A stretch of 48,730 nucleotides of DNA, counting the filler, from Catajapyx aquilonaris (taxonomy: Eukaryota), in the NCBI GenBank assembly GCA_000934665.2. It is 2 parts of 2 records of this genome, joined end to end, with 100 filler letters (N's around TTAATTAATTAA, not from the genome) between each part and the next. Parts side by side here need not be neighbours in the genome. Positions count along the whole stretch, not along the records: positions 24,414 to 48,730 come from KZ539375.1; 1 more part is not named here. One strand, 5' to 3'. A program made the position numbers and the translations under genes. The notes beneath the pieces were generated by a model that worked only from the letters and a program-made list of their open reading frames with translations, had not been told where the DNA came from and made no database searches. Within the stretch, counting starts at the first letter, position 1; each line of letters starts with the position of its first letter. Shown one piece after another: positions 36,429-47,816 of this stretch.

Positions 36429-39400
36429 ATGGGTGGACAAGGGAGGGCAAGGGGTAGGGCCAGAGGCCGCACACAGTCTCAGACCATGGGGGAAGGAGAG
36501 ACCAGGCCAGGCCGTGAACTGGTGGCATCAGGATCCCAGACCCGCCCCCCAGTTGGAGGCGGAAGGGCCGTGACTGCAGGGGAGGGGCCGCCTGCTCCAG
36601 GAAGGTCCCAGGCACCACCAGACCTGGAGGAGGGAGCTGCCCAGCCAGAGAGGGTCGTGACCGCTGGTGCCGCTAGCTTGCAGAAGGAGTTGTTCGCAAT
36701 GGCTATCCAAGAGGGTGAGCCACTTCATTTGCTATCATTGCTTTTGTAGGCTCCTTCAAGTGCTCCAAGTACAAGGTGGAAGGGATTGGGGTTGCATTAA
36801 TCTCCCACATGTGGCATGTTGATCAGGTGGCATGATTTTGCTTTTCCAGAAGGTGGCAATGACGTGTTGGTGGGCAGGGGAGGCGCCAAGGAGAATCTGG
36901 ATCGCCGCATGCAACAGGTTTGCACACATCCAGACCACTTCACCAGCAAGCAGGGAACCTCAGGCAGGGTCGTCAAGCTGATGGCCAATTACTTTGAAGT
37001 GGTCAAGCGGCCGGAGTGGACCTTGGTTCAATATCGGGTGGACTTCACCCCAGAAGAGGACCGCACATCTGTCCGGAAGAAGATGCTGCGTTTGTGCAAG
37101 GAGGAGTTGGGTGGTGCCTATATATTTGATGGAACTGTCCTGTACATGAATCGCCGCCTCCCAGGAGATCGCCTGAAAACCTGCTGCGAACGTGGGACCA
37201 ACCAGGAGAAGATACATGTGATGATCCGCATGGTGGGCGAACTGAAGCCATCCGACCACATGTTCCTGCAAGTTTTCAACATCCTGCTGAGGGAGGCCAT
37301 GGAGCACTTGAAGCTGGAGTTGATAAATCACCACTTCTACGACTGCCATGCAAGCATCAAGATCCCCGAATTTAACCTGGAGCTATGGCCTGGGTACATC
37401 ACCTCCATTCGCCAGCACGAACACCGTCTGCTTCTCTGCACTGAGATACACCACAAGGTCCTGAGGCAGGACACTGTATTGAAGCAGCTGTACGTGTTCC
37501 ATGGACATGACAAGCTTAACTATCAGAGGATGGCAGCGGAGGCCTTGCTCGGATCGATTGTCATGACCCGGTATAATGCCAAGACCTACAGGATTGATGA
37601 CATTGACTGGGAGAAGTCCCCAGAGGAAGTGTTTCCACGGCGTGATGGAGGGGACATCTCTTACGTGGAGTATTACAAGCAGCGCTACGGAGAGGTTGTG
37701 AAGGACATGCGCCAGCCTCTGCTGGTGTCGCGACCCCGCAGGAAGGACGTCCACCGGGGCCAGGTGGAGTCGCTGTACCTGGTTCCAGAGCTGTGCTTCA
37801 TGACAGGACTGGACCAGTCCATGCGCGAGAACTTCCAGCTGATGAAGGCCATAGGGCAGCACACCCACCAAGCCCCTGACAAGAAGGTGCAGGTCCTTCA
37901 GCGATTTATGAATCGCCTCAACAATGAGCCCAAGTGCATGGAGGAGCTCGGAGGCTTCGACTTGAAGTTTGGCAACAAGCTGGTGGAGCTGGACGGCCGG
38001 CTGCTGGAGCCTGAGCGCATAGTCCTGGGCAGAGCCAAACAAATTAGTGCGGGGATGCAGGCCGACTGGACCAGAGATCTTCGCAACAGCGCCATGCTGA
38101 GGGTAAGGGAACGTATTGCAACTTTTGCCATTGTCAGGAGGTCCCCCACAATACACAATACATGCTGATGGGGGGAGGCGAAGTGGCGCAACGGTAACGT
38201 TCGCGCCCACGGATGTTAAGGTCCCGGGTTCGATCCCGGCCCGGGGACACCCCCTTCATCTCGTGCAGAGTAAAGTGTCGTCTCTGACTTCGTCTCGGGT
38301 GGAATATCCACAGACTAATCCACCCAGGGGAGCTCACAAAACGACCACATGCGGACAAGGCACTGCACTTGCACATCCCCTCCTGTCATCCCTTCCTGCC
38401 CGTGGGCCCGGGCGCTATACAAATAGGAACCAGTTGTAGTTGATGTTTAATAATAAAGGTCCGGAAAAACCCCGATAGGGGTACGCCTACACCCAATTAT
38501 TATTATTATTATTATCAATACATGCTGATGTCAGTTGGGAAGTTGCACTTCCAAAAGTGAAATGTCATGTTAGGTTTTATGAAGCTAATGCAATGTAATG
38601 GACAGTATTGCAGGTTCAAGTGGGTTGTGTGTCCCAAAAATGCATGCATGCAATACAGAGTTCGTCATGAATGGTGGTGGTGTTCAGCATTAGGCATGGA
38701 AAAGGCATGGAAATTCCCTTCTCCTGCAGTACTGATCAATTTTCCATCCCTAGGTCGTTCCCCTGGCCAACTGGGCTGTCATTGTACCACAGTATAATGC
38801 AGGGGACCTGCCGGGATTCATCCAGACGCTACGCCAGGCTGGGGCAGGCATGTCCTTCTCAATGGTAGAGCCACTCGTTGTGTCCATAAAGGAGATTCGC
38901 CCCCAAGAGTACATGAAGGCCATTGACGAGTGTTATAGTAACGTGTCGCCACAGATACTCATGATAATCCTTGCCTCCAACCGCAAGGACATGTATGGGG
39001 CTATAAAGAAGCACTGCTATGTGGAGAGGGGCATGCCGTCTCAGGTGGTGGTAGCCCGCAACCTGAAGTCAAAAAACCTAATCTCCATCACCACCAAGAT
39101 AGCCATCCAGATCAACTGCAAGCTCGGAGGGGAGCCCTGGTCCGCCGACATCCCACTGAAGAATTGCATGATGGTCGGCTTCAACATCTATGGCAACACA
39201 AAGCAGAAGAGGACAACAGTGGGGGCCCTGGTCGCCTCCATGAATCCAGTGTACACAAGGTACTATACCACAGTAGCCATGCATCACCATCAGGAGAGGC
39301 TATCACACTTCATCGCCTCCAATATGGTGCAGGCCTTGCACAAGTACAAGGAGACGAATGGCAAGCTGCCGTCCCACATCCTGTTATATCGAGGAGGTGT

Positions 39401-40067
39401 TGGTGAGGGCGAGGTGAGCCAGTGGTTTTTCATAATAATTATGGGAGGGAACTTCCTAGTACTTTCCTCACTGCAAGTCTGACCTTGAAGTAGACAATGT
39501 CGTCCATGATTGTTGTGTGGCATGATAATTTTAATTGGAAGTTGTTCCTGGTAACATCAGATGGACAGTTTTTAAGTTCGGCTTGTATTTAAAAGCGATG
39601 TCCTTTGTCTGCAGGTTGGTTATGTGAAGGATCACGAGTTGACCCAGATCCAGGAATCTCTGGCCAAGATCTACAGCCCAAACGCCTACAAATTTGCATT
39701 TATCATCGTGAACAAGGGGCTGAATACGTCAATCATGACAGCCCAGCAGGGGAACCCCCACCCTGGAACGATTGTGGACGACATCATCACCCTTCCAGAC
39801 AGATACGACTTCTATCTGATCTCCCAGACGGTGTGGCAGGGCACTGTGTCACCAACAAGCTATTCCGTCATATTTGACACTCTCCACCTGGAGCCGGACA
39901 AGGTGCAGCGACTCACCTACAAGATGTGCCATTTGTACTTCAACCGGAGCGGATCCATCCGTGTTCCTGCCCCGTGCCAGTATGCCCACAAGCTGGCCTA
40001 CCTAGTTGGGGAGTACTTACACAGTGAGGTCCACGAGAACCTGAGGGACACACTGTACTTCCTCTAG
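36429..40067 (+). CDS. piwi: Piwi/Aubergine-clade Argonaute, 883 aa, predicted catalytically inactive; exons 36429-36714, 36850-38102, 38754-39413, 39615-40067
   Basis: GRARGRARGR N-terminus, LELWPGYITSI, PAZ (YNAKTYRIDDIDW, YLVPELC), MID (YGAIKK, PSQVV, KIAIQINCKLGG) and PIWI (YDFYLISQ, PAPCQYAHKLA, C-terminal LYFL). Three GT-AG introns are phase-compatible (1,0,0), total 2652 nt. Exact orthology within the Piwi/Aub clade not determined. Confidence 0.93.
38171..38515 (+). mobile_element. SINE family B in piwi intron 2
   Basis: 15-bp TSD CAATACATGCTGATG (38156-38170 and 38516-38530); homologous to 12054-12403. Confidence 0.92.
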
Positions 40068-40226
40068 TTGTGTGCTTTGTTTTGTTATTTTTTTAAAGGA
40101 CCCCCATCCATCTTGCCTGCTTTTTTAAACTTTTTTTGTAAGTTAATCCCATTTTCTACATAGTATGAACTTGTTTAGTTACGCTCATGTGATGCGTTTT
40201 GTAGGGGAGGTCACCAACCCGTTTAC

Positions 40227-40560
40227 CTATTGCGACCCCCTTGCTGTGTCATTTGTGCGTTTTAAAGTCTTGTCAATTGCTAACCATAGTCCACCTGATG
40301 CATGACCAAAATGGGACCTCCTCTCTGCTAAGGAATGCCACGCTAAATAGTTCTTATCACTATCTGCCGGTTTAATCTCCTCTTCAAGCCAGGTTTCTGT
40401 GAAGCCCACTATTTTAGCTGTTCTTAATTGTGATTGTGTTTTTTGCCATGCACTGGTTATATTCATCCCTGCTATGTTCCAAAAGGACACTTGAAGGGGG
40501 TAATAATTAGTTTGGGTATGCTGTAACTTGGAACCTCTGATTTTTTGCCAAGATTGTGGT
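40227..40560 (-). mobile_element. LINE AP-endonuclease fragment
   Basis: VSFWNIAGM...IVGFTETWL...SGGL motifs of the EEP endonuclease N-terminus. Confidence 0.7.
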
Positions 40561-40606
40561 TTGTTGCCTAGCGTTTCACTTGTAACCTTCCCACTGACCT
40601 GACTAC

Positions 40607-40735
40607 TGAAGCCAGAGGTGACCCTGAACTCTGCACGAGATGAAGGGGGTGTCCCCGGGGATCGAACCCGGGACCGTAACATCCGTGGGCACGTACGACG
40701 TACGTTACCGCAGAGCCACTTCGCCTCCCCCCCTA
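40607..40735 (-). mobile_element. SINE family B head, 3'-truncated
   Basis: Reverse-complement match to about 12056-12175. Confidence 0.85.
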
Positions 40736-40749
40736 CACCAAAGACAGTA

Positions 40750-41586
40750 CCCACACAACACAAATGCCCCTGGGACCGCCCACGGACGTCCCTTAAATCC
40801 CAGATTCATCCCGGATAATCGGTATGTCCGTAGTACGTCCTAGGGATGAAAGACTCTGACGTCCTAGGGACGCCCCCCACAAGGTATCCCAGGACCATCC
40901 CACAAGTCCCGTTCTCGTCCTGCCTGGGCGCCACATTGGCAGCTTCCCGCGTCCAGATGGCGCTGCCTGTTGGTGTATCATTGCAAGTCTTGTCCGATTT
41001 ATCCCACAACAAAGCGTATTAATTTTGGCCATTACACGTGTGCAAAGGTGGCAGGAAACTCCACTGCATGCGGCTCATTTACCCACGAGGTACTTCATTG
41101 TGACATTAATTTGCTAGAGTCATTCAATGGCAATGCTTATGGAGCGAGCAGGACCAATCCGCAGTATGGCTTTTTCTGCGAAGGCTCATCAAGAAGAGCC
41201 ATACAAGCCAGGCACCTCCAGACTTATTTGAAAACCAACCAACCAACCATGCAAAGAAGCGAATAATAAAAAGCGAAAAAGCCACTTTCCCAGCCGTGTG
41301 ATATCTGATTCCAGTCCCCATGTCATTCAGGTGACGTACCAAATCAGTGCACATGTTATCCCGCGGAAGTTCACGGGACGTACATGGGATGTCACAATCT
41401 GGTCCTTATGTGTGTATCCGGGGGATGTCCTTTGGCCCATTCCAGGGACTTTCCAGGGACATCAAAACTTTTCCAGTTCGTGATCCCTGAACTGTCCCAG
41501 GGACCTCCACATCCAGATCTTGGACGTCCCTTTATCCCAGTGTGTCATCCCTGGGACGTCCTAGGTACATCCTTGTGTTGTGTGGG
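40750..41586. mobile_element. Non-autonomous TIR element with GGGACGTCC-type subterminal repeats
   Basis: TA|CCCACACAACACAA ... TTGTGTTGTGTGGG|TA. Confidence 0.8.
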
Positions 41587-41787
41587 TAATTTTGTGCAAG
41601 TGCTATTTCAAAACACATTAGTTATTAGAAGACCTTGGGGGAAGAACGAGCAAGGTCCACCTCAGGTGGAACAGATAAAATAATTTTAAAATCCAAGGTC
41701 CATAAGGTTCCATTGTAAATCCCACTTTCGGGGCCTTCCATTGTGACCTATGACCATAACTCTATAACCACAACCAAACCATCATAT

Positions 41788-42142
41788 ATTTTTTTTTTTT
41801 TTTTACCCCGTGCTAGGCATCAAAGGCCTCTTTGGGGGGTGGCACACCACCATCAGTTTTCTCTGTGTATTACACTTTTTCTTCATTCACCGGTGCAAGG
41901 AGTCAAGGATGTCGGGTAGGGGTAGGGATTTTTTTGGGGAGGGAACATGGGTGCAAGTGCAATGTCTACAAATGGGTCATGTGCTGTCCCCCAGGAGGTT
42001 AGGTTGCCAGACACCTCCTTGGTGCAGGTCAGAGACCCTCCTGACGCAGGTGAAAGGAAAGTTCCCCAGGCGGGGATCGAACCTGGGGCCTTTCACTCAG
42101 CAAGCCGTGACTTTACCATCACGGCCACCACACCTCCCCAAA
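41788..42142 (-). mobile_element. SINE family D with poly(A) tail
   Basis: 19-bp TSD CACAACCAAACCATCATAT (41769-41787 and 42143-42161); B-box GGTTCGATCCC. Confidence 0.9.
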
Positions 42143-42182
42143 CACAACCAAACCATCATATTCTACACTAGTGAAGCTATCT

Positions 42183-42785
42183 TCTGACAAGGGAAGTGTA
42201 AGTGTTGTCGGTGGAGTTTCTGAATGAAACTTGGCACAATAATATACGCAGGTAAGTTATTAAAGAAAATGCAAACAATTTAGGCGGATGCCCACAAGGT
42301 AAAAAGTTATGACCTCTCGAACTCACAAGGGACACTTTCCAAGGTCTCACCGTTTTCTTGAAATTCGGTACATTGGTAGGCCACCCCAGGGGATGAAAAA
42401 CGCACCTAAAGTGACCTGCTCAAAATGACCAGGTGACCCATTTTTGGGGGGCAGAGGTCAACTCTTAAATGCCGAAATCTCACCCATTTTCTTAAAATTC
42501 GGTGCATTGGTTGCCCCCAAAAAGGGGTCACCGAGTCATTTTGAGCAGGTCACTTTAGGTGCGTTTTTCATCCCCTGGGGTGGCCTACCAATGTACCGAA
42601 TTTCAAGAAAATCGGTGAGACCTGGGAAAGTGTGCCTTGTGAGTTCGAGAGGTCATAACTTTTGACCTTGTGGGCATCCGCCTAAATTGTTTGCATTTTC
42701 TTTAATAACTTACCTGCCTATATTATTGTCCCAAGTTTCATTCAGAAACTCCACGGACAATAACACTTACACTTCCCTTGTGAGA
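42183..42785. repeat. Long, high-identity inverted repeat (arms about 255 bp, spacer about 85 bp), foldback MITE-like
   Basis: CAAGGGAAGTGTAAGTGTT...GACCTGCTCAAAATGAC mirrored by GTCATTTTGAGCAGGTC...AACACTTACACTTCCCTTG. Confidence 0.92.
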
Positions 42786-43845
42786 TATGTAACTCACTTT
42801 TGACAAAGAGTGGACCTTGATCGTTCTTCCCCTGGGGTCATTATTTGTTCTAGAAAATAACATTATTAGTTATTGTTACCTGTTGGCAACATTGCTTAAC
42901 TTTGTGTATAGTTGTTGACTCCTGCAAGTTCTCGATCTATCACCCTAGCAACCCAAGGGTGCAGGAATTATGCCCAAAACAGTGGGGTGATACTCATCAT
43001 ATACGTAGATCCCAAGTCATCTCCAAGTCCAATATGTCCATGTTGAAAGGGGACAGTGCAAGTAGGAAGACCCAACCAGTCATGGGTGCCTTTGTACCCT
43101 TCTTCTCGTAAAGCCACAACAGCAACGGACAGTTTCAAGCTCAAAGAGGATCCAAGTGAGACAGGGAAGTTACGATCTCAAAATAGAGTACACATAACGA
43201 AGGGTAGGCTGGAGAACATGTCAAGTACCGCTTCATACATCCCTCGAGCCAGTTGCATCATTGATGGTAAATCCAGAACAAGCAATTGATCCATGCTGCC
43301 CACATAGGATTAAGCACTTGTTCTGTATTTACTGGATTCATGCAACAAACCTTCACAATAATTAGTCCAAGATGGCTTCAGACGACGTTCATGAGTTATT
43401 TACGAGTTATCAATGGCACAAACATCTCCATTAGGACAATCAGTCTAGTTACTGCTTATGCTACTCAAAAAGGGAAATCATACCATAGTACCCCACATTC
43501 TGAGACATGCCAGTAATATCAGGGGCAAACCGTACAATGCATGGTTTGTCTACATTTTACCAGTAAAAAATACATGATGCCTTGTCAAAATACTTAGAAA
43601 CGGCACCTCGACTTAACGTAACCCTTTGTGCCCAGTAGTTCACTCTCAAGGATAATGTGAGGCATGTTTACCCCAAGTGACAGCGTTCGAGACGCCACCT
43701 GAAGCCACTTGTTACTGTGAGGACACATGTAATCATGTTACTTGGGGGAAGTCATCATTCAACCAACATTTTCCTGGTCTACGATTATTGTTAATTTCAA
43801 AACTACTACAGCATGATCACAAAGGGGACAGGTTGTTGGTCATAT

Positions 43846-44326
43846 TGTGACGAGTCCAGTACGGCGAATGCACTAACGGCGAAAACAATGTCCATATAAG
43901 GACATGGCTAACGGGCTCCTGGAATAGGAGTCACCTAACCACAAGACCACAAGCTGGGGGATTCGAGAAGAGGCGATCGGACAAATAAAAGGGGAGGACA
44001 CTGAGAGAGAAGAGGCAGAGTGAAAGGCAGAACGAGAGAGCAGAGAGTTGAAGACCAGACGAGATGCAGAGAAGACCTGAGGCTGGTACGAGGTCGTGCA
44101 GAGGAGGACCAGCCGAAGGCAACCCAACACAACATGAGAGATTGAGTATAAGTGTATTATATGGAAGTGTAAATAAATGTAATTAGTAGTGGAAGCAAGT
44201 CTAGTCAATTGGATTGCCCTGGTAACCCTCCTCAGTCTCGGCCAAGGAAGTGTTTACTTCTGAGCGCCCCAGTCTCTGTCAAGGTAAGGAGATGTTTTCG
44301 GAACATCAGGACAGAGCAACGTCACA
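43846..44326. mobile_element. Solo LTR, Ty3/gypsy-like
   Basis: TGTGACG...CGTCACA termini and 4-bp TSD ATAT; 481 bp. Confidence 0.8.
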
Positions 44327-44480
44327 ATATTTCAACACAATACCTTTTCCTCAGAAGACTGGAGATAAAAAATAACAGCATGCCCCAAGTGGGTCAATCA
44401 AATTATTTTAACTTCTTCTGGCCAATTTCAGTGACATAGCCACTGCTTAAATATTGTCCTCACTTGAAGTTTAACAAGCA

Positions 44481-45064
44481 CAGTAAAACTTCTATAAGTC
44501 GAATCTCCATGGGACCAGGAAAAAACTTCGAGTTATAGAAGATTCGAGTTAGAGAAGTTTGGAATTTGTAAAGCACAGAACTCTATAAGGAAGCCTACCT
44601 TTGCATCCAGCGACGAAAGGTGTTCAAAACTTTAAAATAACTGTCACTATCACACATACAATGTTCCTCGCTGTTTTGTTGTAAAACAATCTCTGTTATG
44701 GACATTTGCCTACTCTTAGATTCAAGGATTCAATTGTCAGAATTGAGTCAAACACTTCTTTCAGTACGTCTGATAGACGGAGATCAGGAAATTGAGCCTT
44801 TTCGTACATGTGCCCTACTCTCGACCCTTCGGCTGGGAAATGAGTGCATTTTCCGTCCTCGCCAACATGAACTTCGCCTTAGGGAGACTGAAAATGCATT
44901 GATATCCCATCCTAAGGCCCTGCCTGCACTTCGAGTTATGGAGAACTTTGAGTTATAGAAATTTGAGTTAGGGAAGTTTATTTCCTATTATTTTACATTG
45001 TGACAAACCAAGCTCATAATTTTCTTCAACTTGTAGGGAACTTCGACTTATAGAAGTTTTATTG
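44481..45064. mobile_element. pogo/Tigger-like MITE
   Basis: TIR CAGTAAAACTTCTATAAGTCGAA/TTCGACTTATAGAAGTTTTATTG; internal TTCGAGTTA repeats. Confidence 0.85.
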
Positions 45065-45767
45065 TATTTCCTAACAAGCGAAGCACACCCTGTAGTTGCC
45101 AATATTAATCAAATCACTTACAGACACAGATCAAGACATTTGCTGCCAAACTGAGATCTAGGCTTGAATTGGATTGTGGACATCAATTAATCCTGTTTAT
45201 TGCTAGTATGACCATCATGCATATGGCAAATAACTATTGTCATATTATGCATGGTGGCATCTAGTGATTGTTATTTTTGCAACAGTTCACTTGCTTCTAA
45301 TCAAGCTTCGTCCCAATCCATTTCAAGCACATACCAAAGGTAATAATATAAAATGGGCGTAAAAAAAGGTGGTATGAAAGTGAAAAAGTTAGAAATAACT
45401 TATTTGGTTGGTATATAAAATAAGAGCGATAATATTAACTATTTTAAAAAAGGAATGTAGTATCAGCACCATAAAGGGCATCTTCGGTGCCAAAAGTGAA
45501 ATATTCTGCTGCTTTTTCTGATGTTCCAACCCCACTATTTGGGATTTTTCCACTTCCAGTTTGGTTCAACTGGATCAATTATTCTTCCCAAACTTGGGGT
45601 CCCGAATATGTTTGGATTACAAGGAAGAGTAACCAATTGTTTTTGTAAAATGATTCTCTCTTGAAAAATATCACTGCAAACGAGATGATGTATTTTAAGC
45701 GTGGCCAAGTTGGATTGGATTAGAAATTCATTCCATTCCTGCGAAAAGAAAACTGACCTCCCACTTA

Positions 45768-46150
45768 GGGGCCGTGCAAATACCACGTGACCGATTTTAG
45801 GCCACTTTTTGACACCCCCCCCCCCTTTTCACGTGTGTGTGTGTGCTTTTTTTAATGTCAATGTTATCAGAAAAAACGCGTTCCAAAATGATAGCTCCTC
45901 AACAAAACTGTTTAAGCACGTAAAAAACATGTCTCCCCATGTTTTCGGGGTCGCTGATTTCGAATTTTAGGTTATTTTGAACCCTTGTGCACCTGTAAAA
46001 GCTCCCATACGTGCCAATTCACCGTGTTCAGAGATACCACGTGAATTTTCGCCGACCCCTCCCCTCCCCTCCCCCCTGTGACCAACCGTGGTATATCAGC
46101 AGATCCCCCCCCCTCCCCCCAAAATGGTCACGTGGTATTTGCATGACCCC
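45768..46150. mobile_element. PIF/Harbinger (Tourist-like) MITE
   Basis: TTA|GGGGCCGTGCAAATACCACGTGACC ... GGTCACGTGGTATTTGCATGACCCC|TTA. Confidence 0.85.
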
Positions 46151-47115
46151 TTACTCAAGGGGAACAGTTAATTGCCTTATCAGCAGACACGTGCCATCTA
46201 GCTTCCTTTTCAAATCTTCCCATTTCTGATTTTTGGTCCAGCATCAGAGAAGAGCACAAGGAATTGTCTCGTCATGCATTGAAGGGACTCGTACCTTCGC
46301 AACGTCCTACCTATATGAATCAGAATTTAGCTCAGCATTGGCTACCAATTCCAGATATCGTTCCTCACTGGACCTTTTGACAGAACTCACATAAGCGCTC
46401 TCCTCTACAAAGCCTGACTGATCATTTCTATGGTGACACTCAGGGCCACATCTCTTAACCCTGAGGCAAGTTACAGATACAGAACCATTAAGATCAGCGA
46501 CAATAATTACACTGGCCAACAACAACAACAATAAAAAATCTGCTGCATGAGATTTTTCAACTGATTCTATGTATTTTTTCAAAACTGATTTCAAATCTGA
46601 AATCGGTTTTCCTCTCCAAGCTCTAGTTTTCATGCCATTTGAGGCTTGTGATTTTCGCAATAAAGGACACCCCTTGCTGTTTACATTAGGGTTAGCTTGA
46701 GAATTAGGCTTAACTATCATCTATCATAACCTTAGCCCTTTCATGTCAAATGTGTTAAATGTGCCAAACCCCTATATAGTCCCTATAATGGTCCCTATAT
46801 AGAGCTTCGCGCCATCTTCCCAAAAGGTCCACTTTTGCCTTTACGCGGGCATAGGTACAGCATAGGCAAAGGAACGAACCACAGTTCTAAATCTCGAGCT
46901 TACAGAGAAAAACTAACATCATATTTGGATTCAGCACCCTTGAATTAGGTAAGAACAAGTGCTGGCATCAATGCCACAAAAAATTTGTTGGCCAGTGTTA
47001 TCATCAGTTATTATCATTGACTACCACTGGGTACACATCTTTACGATTTTCTAGGGTCACCAATGAAAAAAAATTAGAATCACTGCCCCAGACCCTCAGA
47101 GCCAGGCCCTGCTCA

Positions 47116-47426
47116 CTCCCCCCATTTTTGTGTGAGCTTAGCTGATCTCCCCCACTCAGGGGGGTTGCCACAGGTGGCGCTAGGATCACGCAACTAGATA
47201 GGTGGGCCCGCTACTAGAGAGAAATTCTTAACCATTTTGGTCAACTCTAATTGGCTTGAGCAGTTAAGGCCTCCTGTACTACCCCAGCCAATCAGAGTCG
47301 ATCGAAATGGTTCAGAATTACCCGCTAGTGGCTGCGCCACCCGCCACCTACCTAGTTGTGTGATCCTAGCGCCACCCATGGCAACCCCCGTCAGTGGGGG
47401 AGATGACCTAAGCTCACAGGGGGAGC
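47116..47426. repeat. Inverted repeat or MITE, arms about 75 bp
   Basis: GTTGCCACAGGTGGCGCTAGGATCAC mirrored by GTGATCCTAGCGCCACCCATGGCAAC. Confidence 0.8.
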
Positions 47427-47816
47427 AATGTGTAAGGTATACTCGTAACTGGGGGCTACTCAGAGCCAAGGAAGTGCTAAAAATGTCCCCTTTTGAGGTC
47501 AGCCTCAAGGTTCAGAATGTGGGCATTCACAAATGTCCTACACTGGTCCTTCAAGCCTGGGATTAAAAGCCAACACCTCAGTTTTTCACTGTGACTAGCC
47601 AATAGCCATGTCCTCACAAAAAAATTATAATTTCCTATTTTCATTTGCATGCAATTTCCTCATGGTAGTAGCCTAGTGCGAAACTTAAAGTGGACTGTAA
47701 ATATGCAGCATCTTGATGACTAGAATTCAAAGAGTACACAATATGAGATGTCTGCAAGTTTTTAATGCAGCCTAGAACCATACAATAGTAATGAAAAAAA
47801 ATAATTTGTTAGCATT

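Noticed and set aside
36750..36775. Possible micro-exon in piwi intron 1 after TTTTGTAG
   Set aside because: 26 nt breaks the frame, read-through hits a stop, and the upstream intron would be only 35 nt.
37383..38210. 275-aa minus-strand ORF
   Set aside because: Antisense shadow of the GC3-rich piwi exon, starting inside a SINE.
42900..43520. Coding-like sequence with short ORFs
   Set aside because: No recognisable domain or consistent frame.
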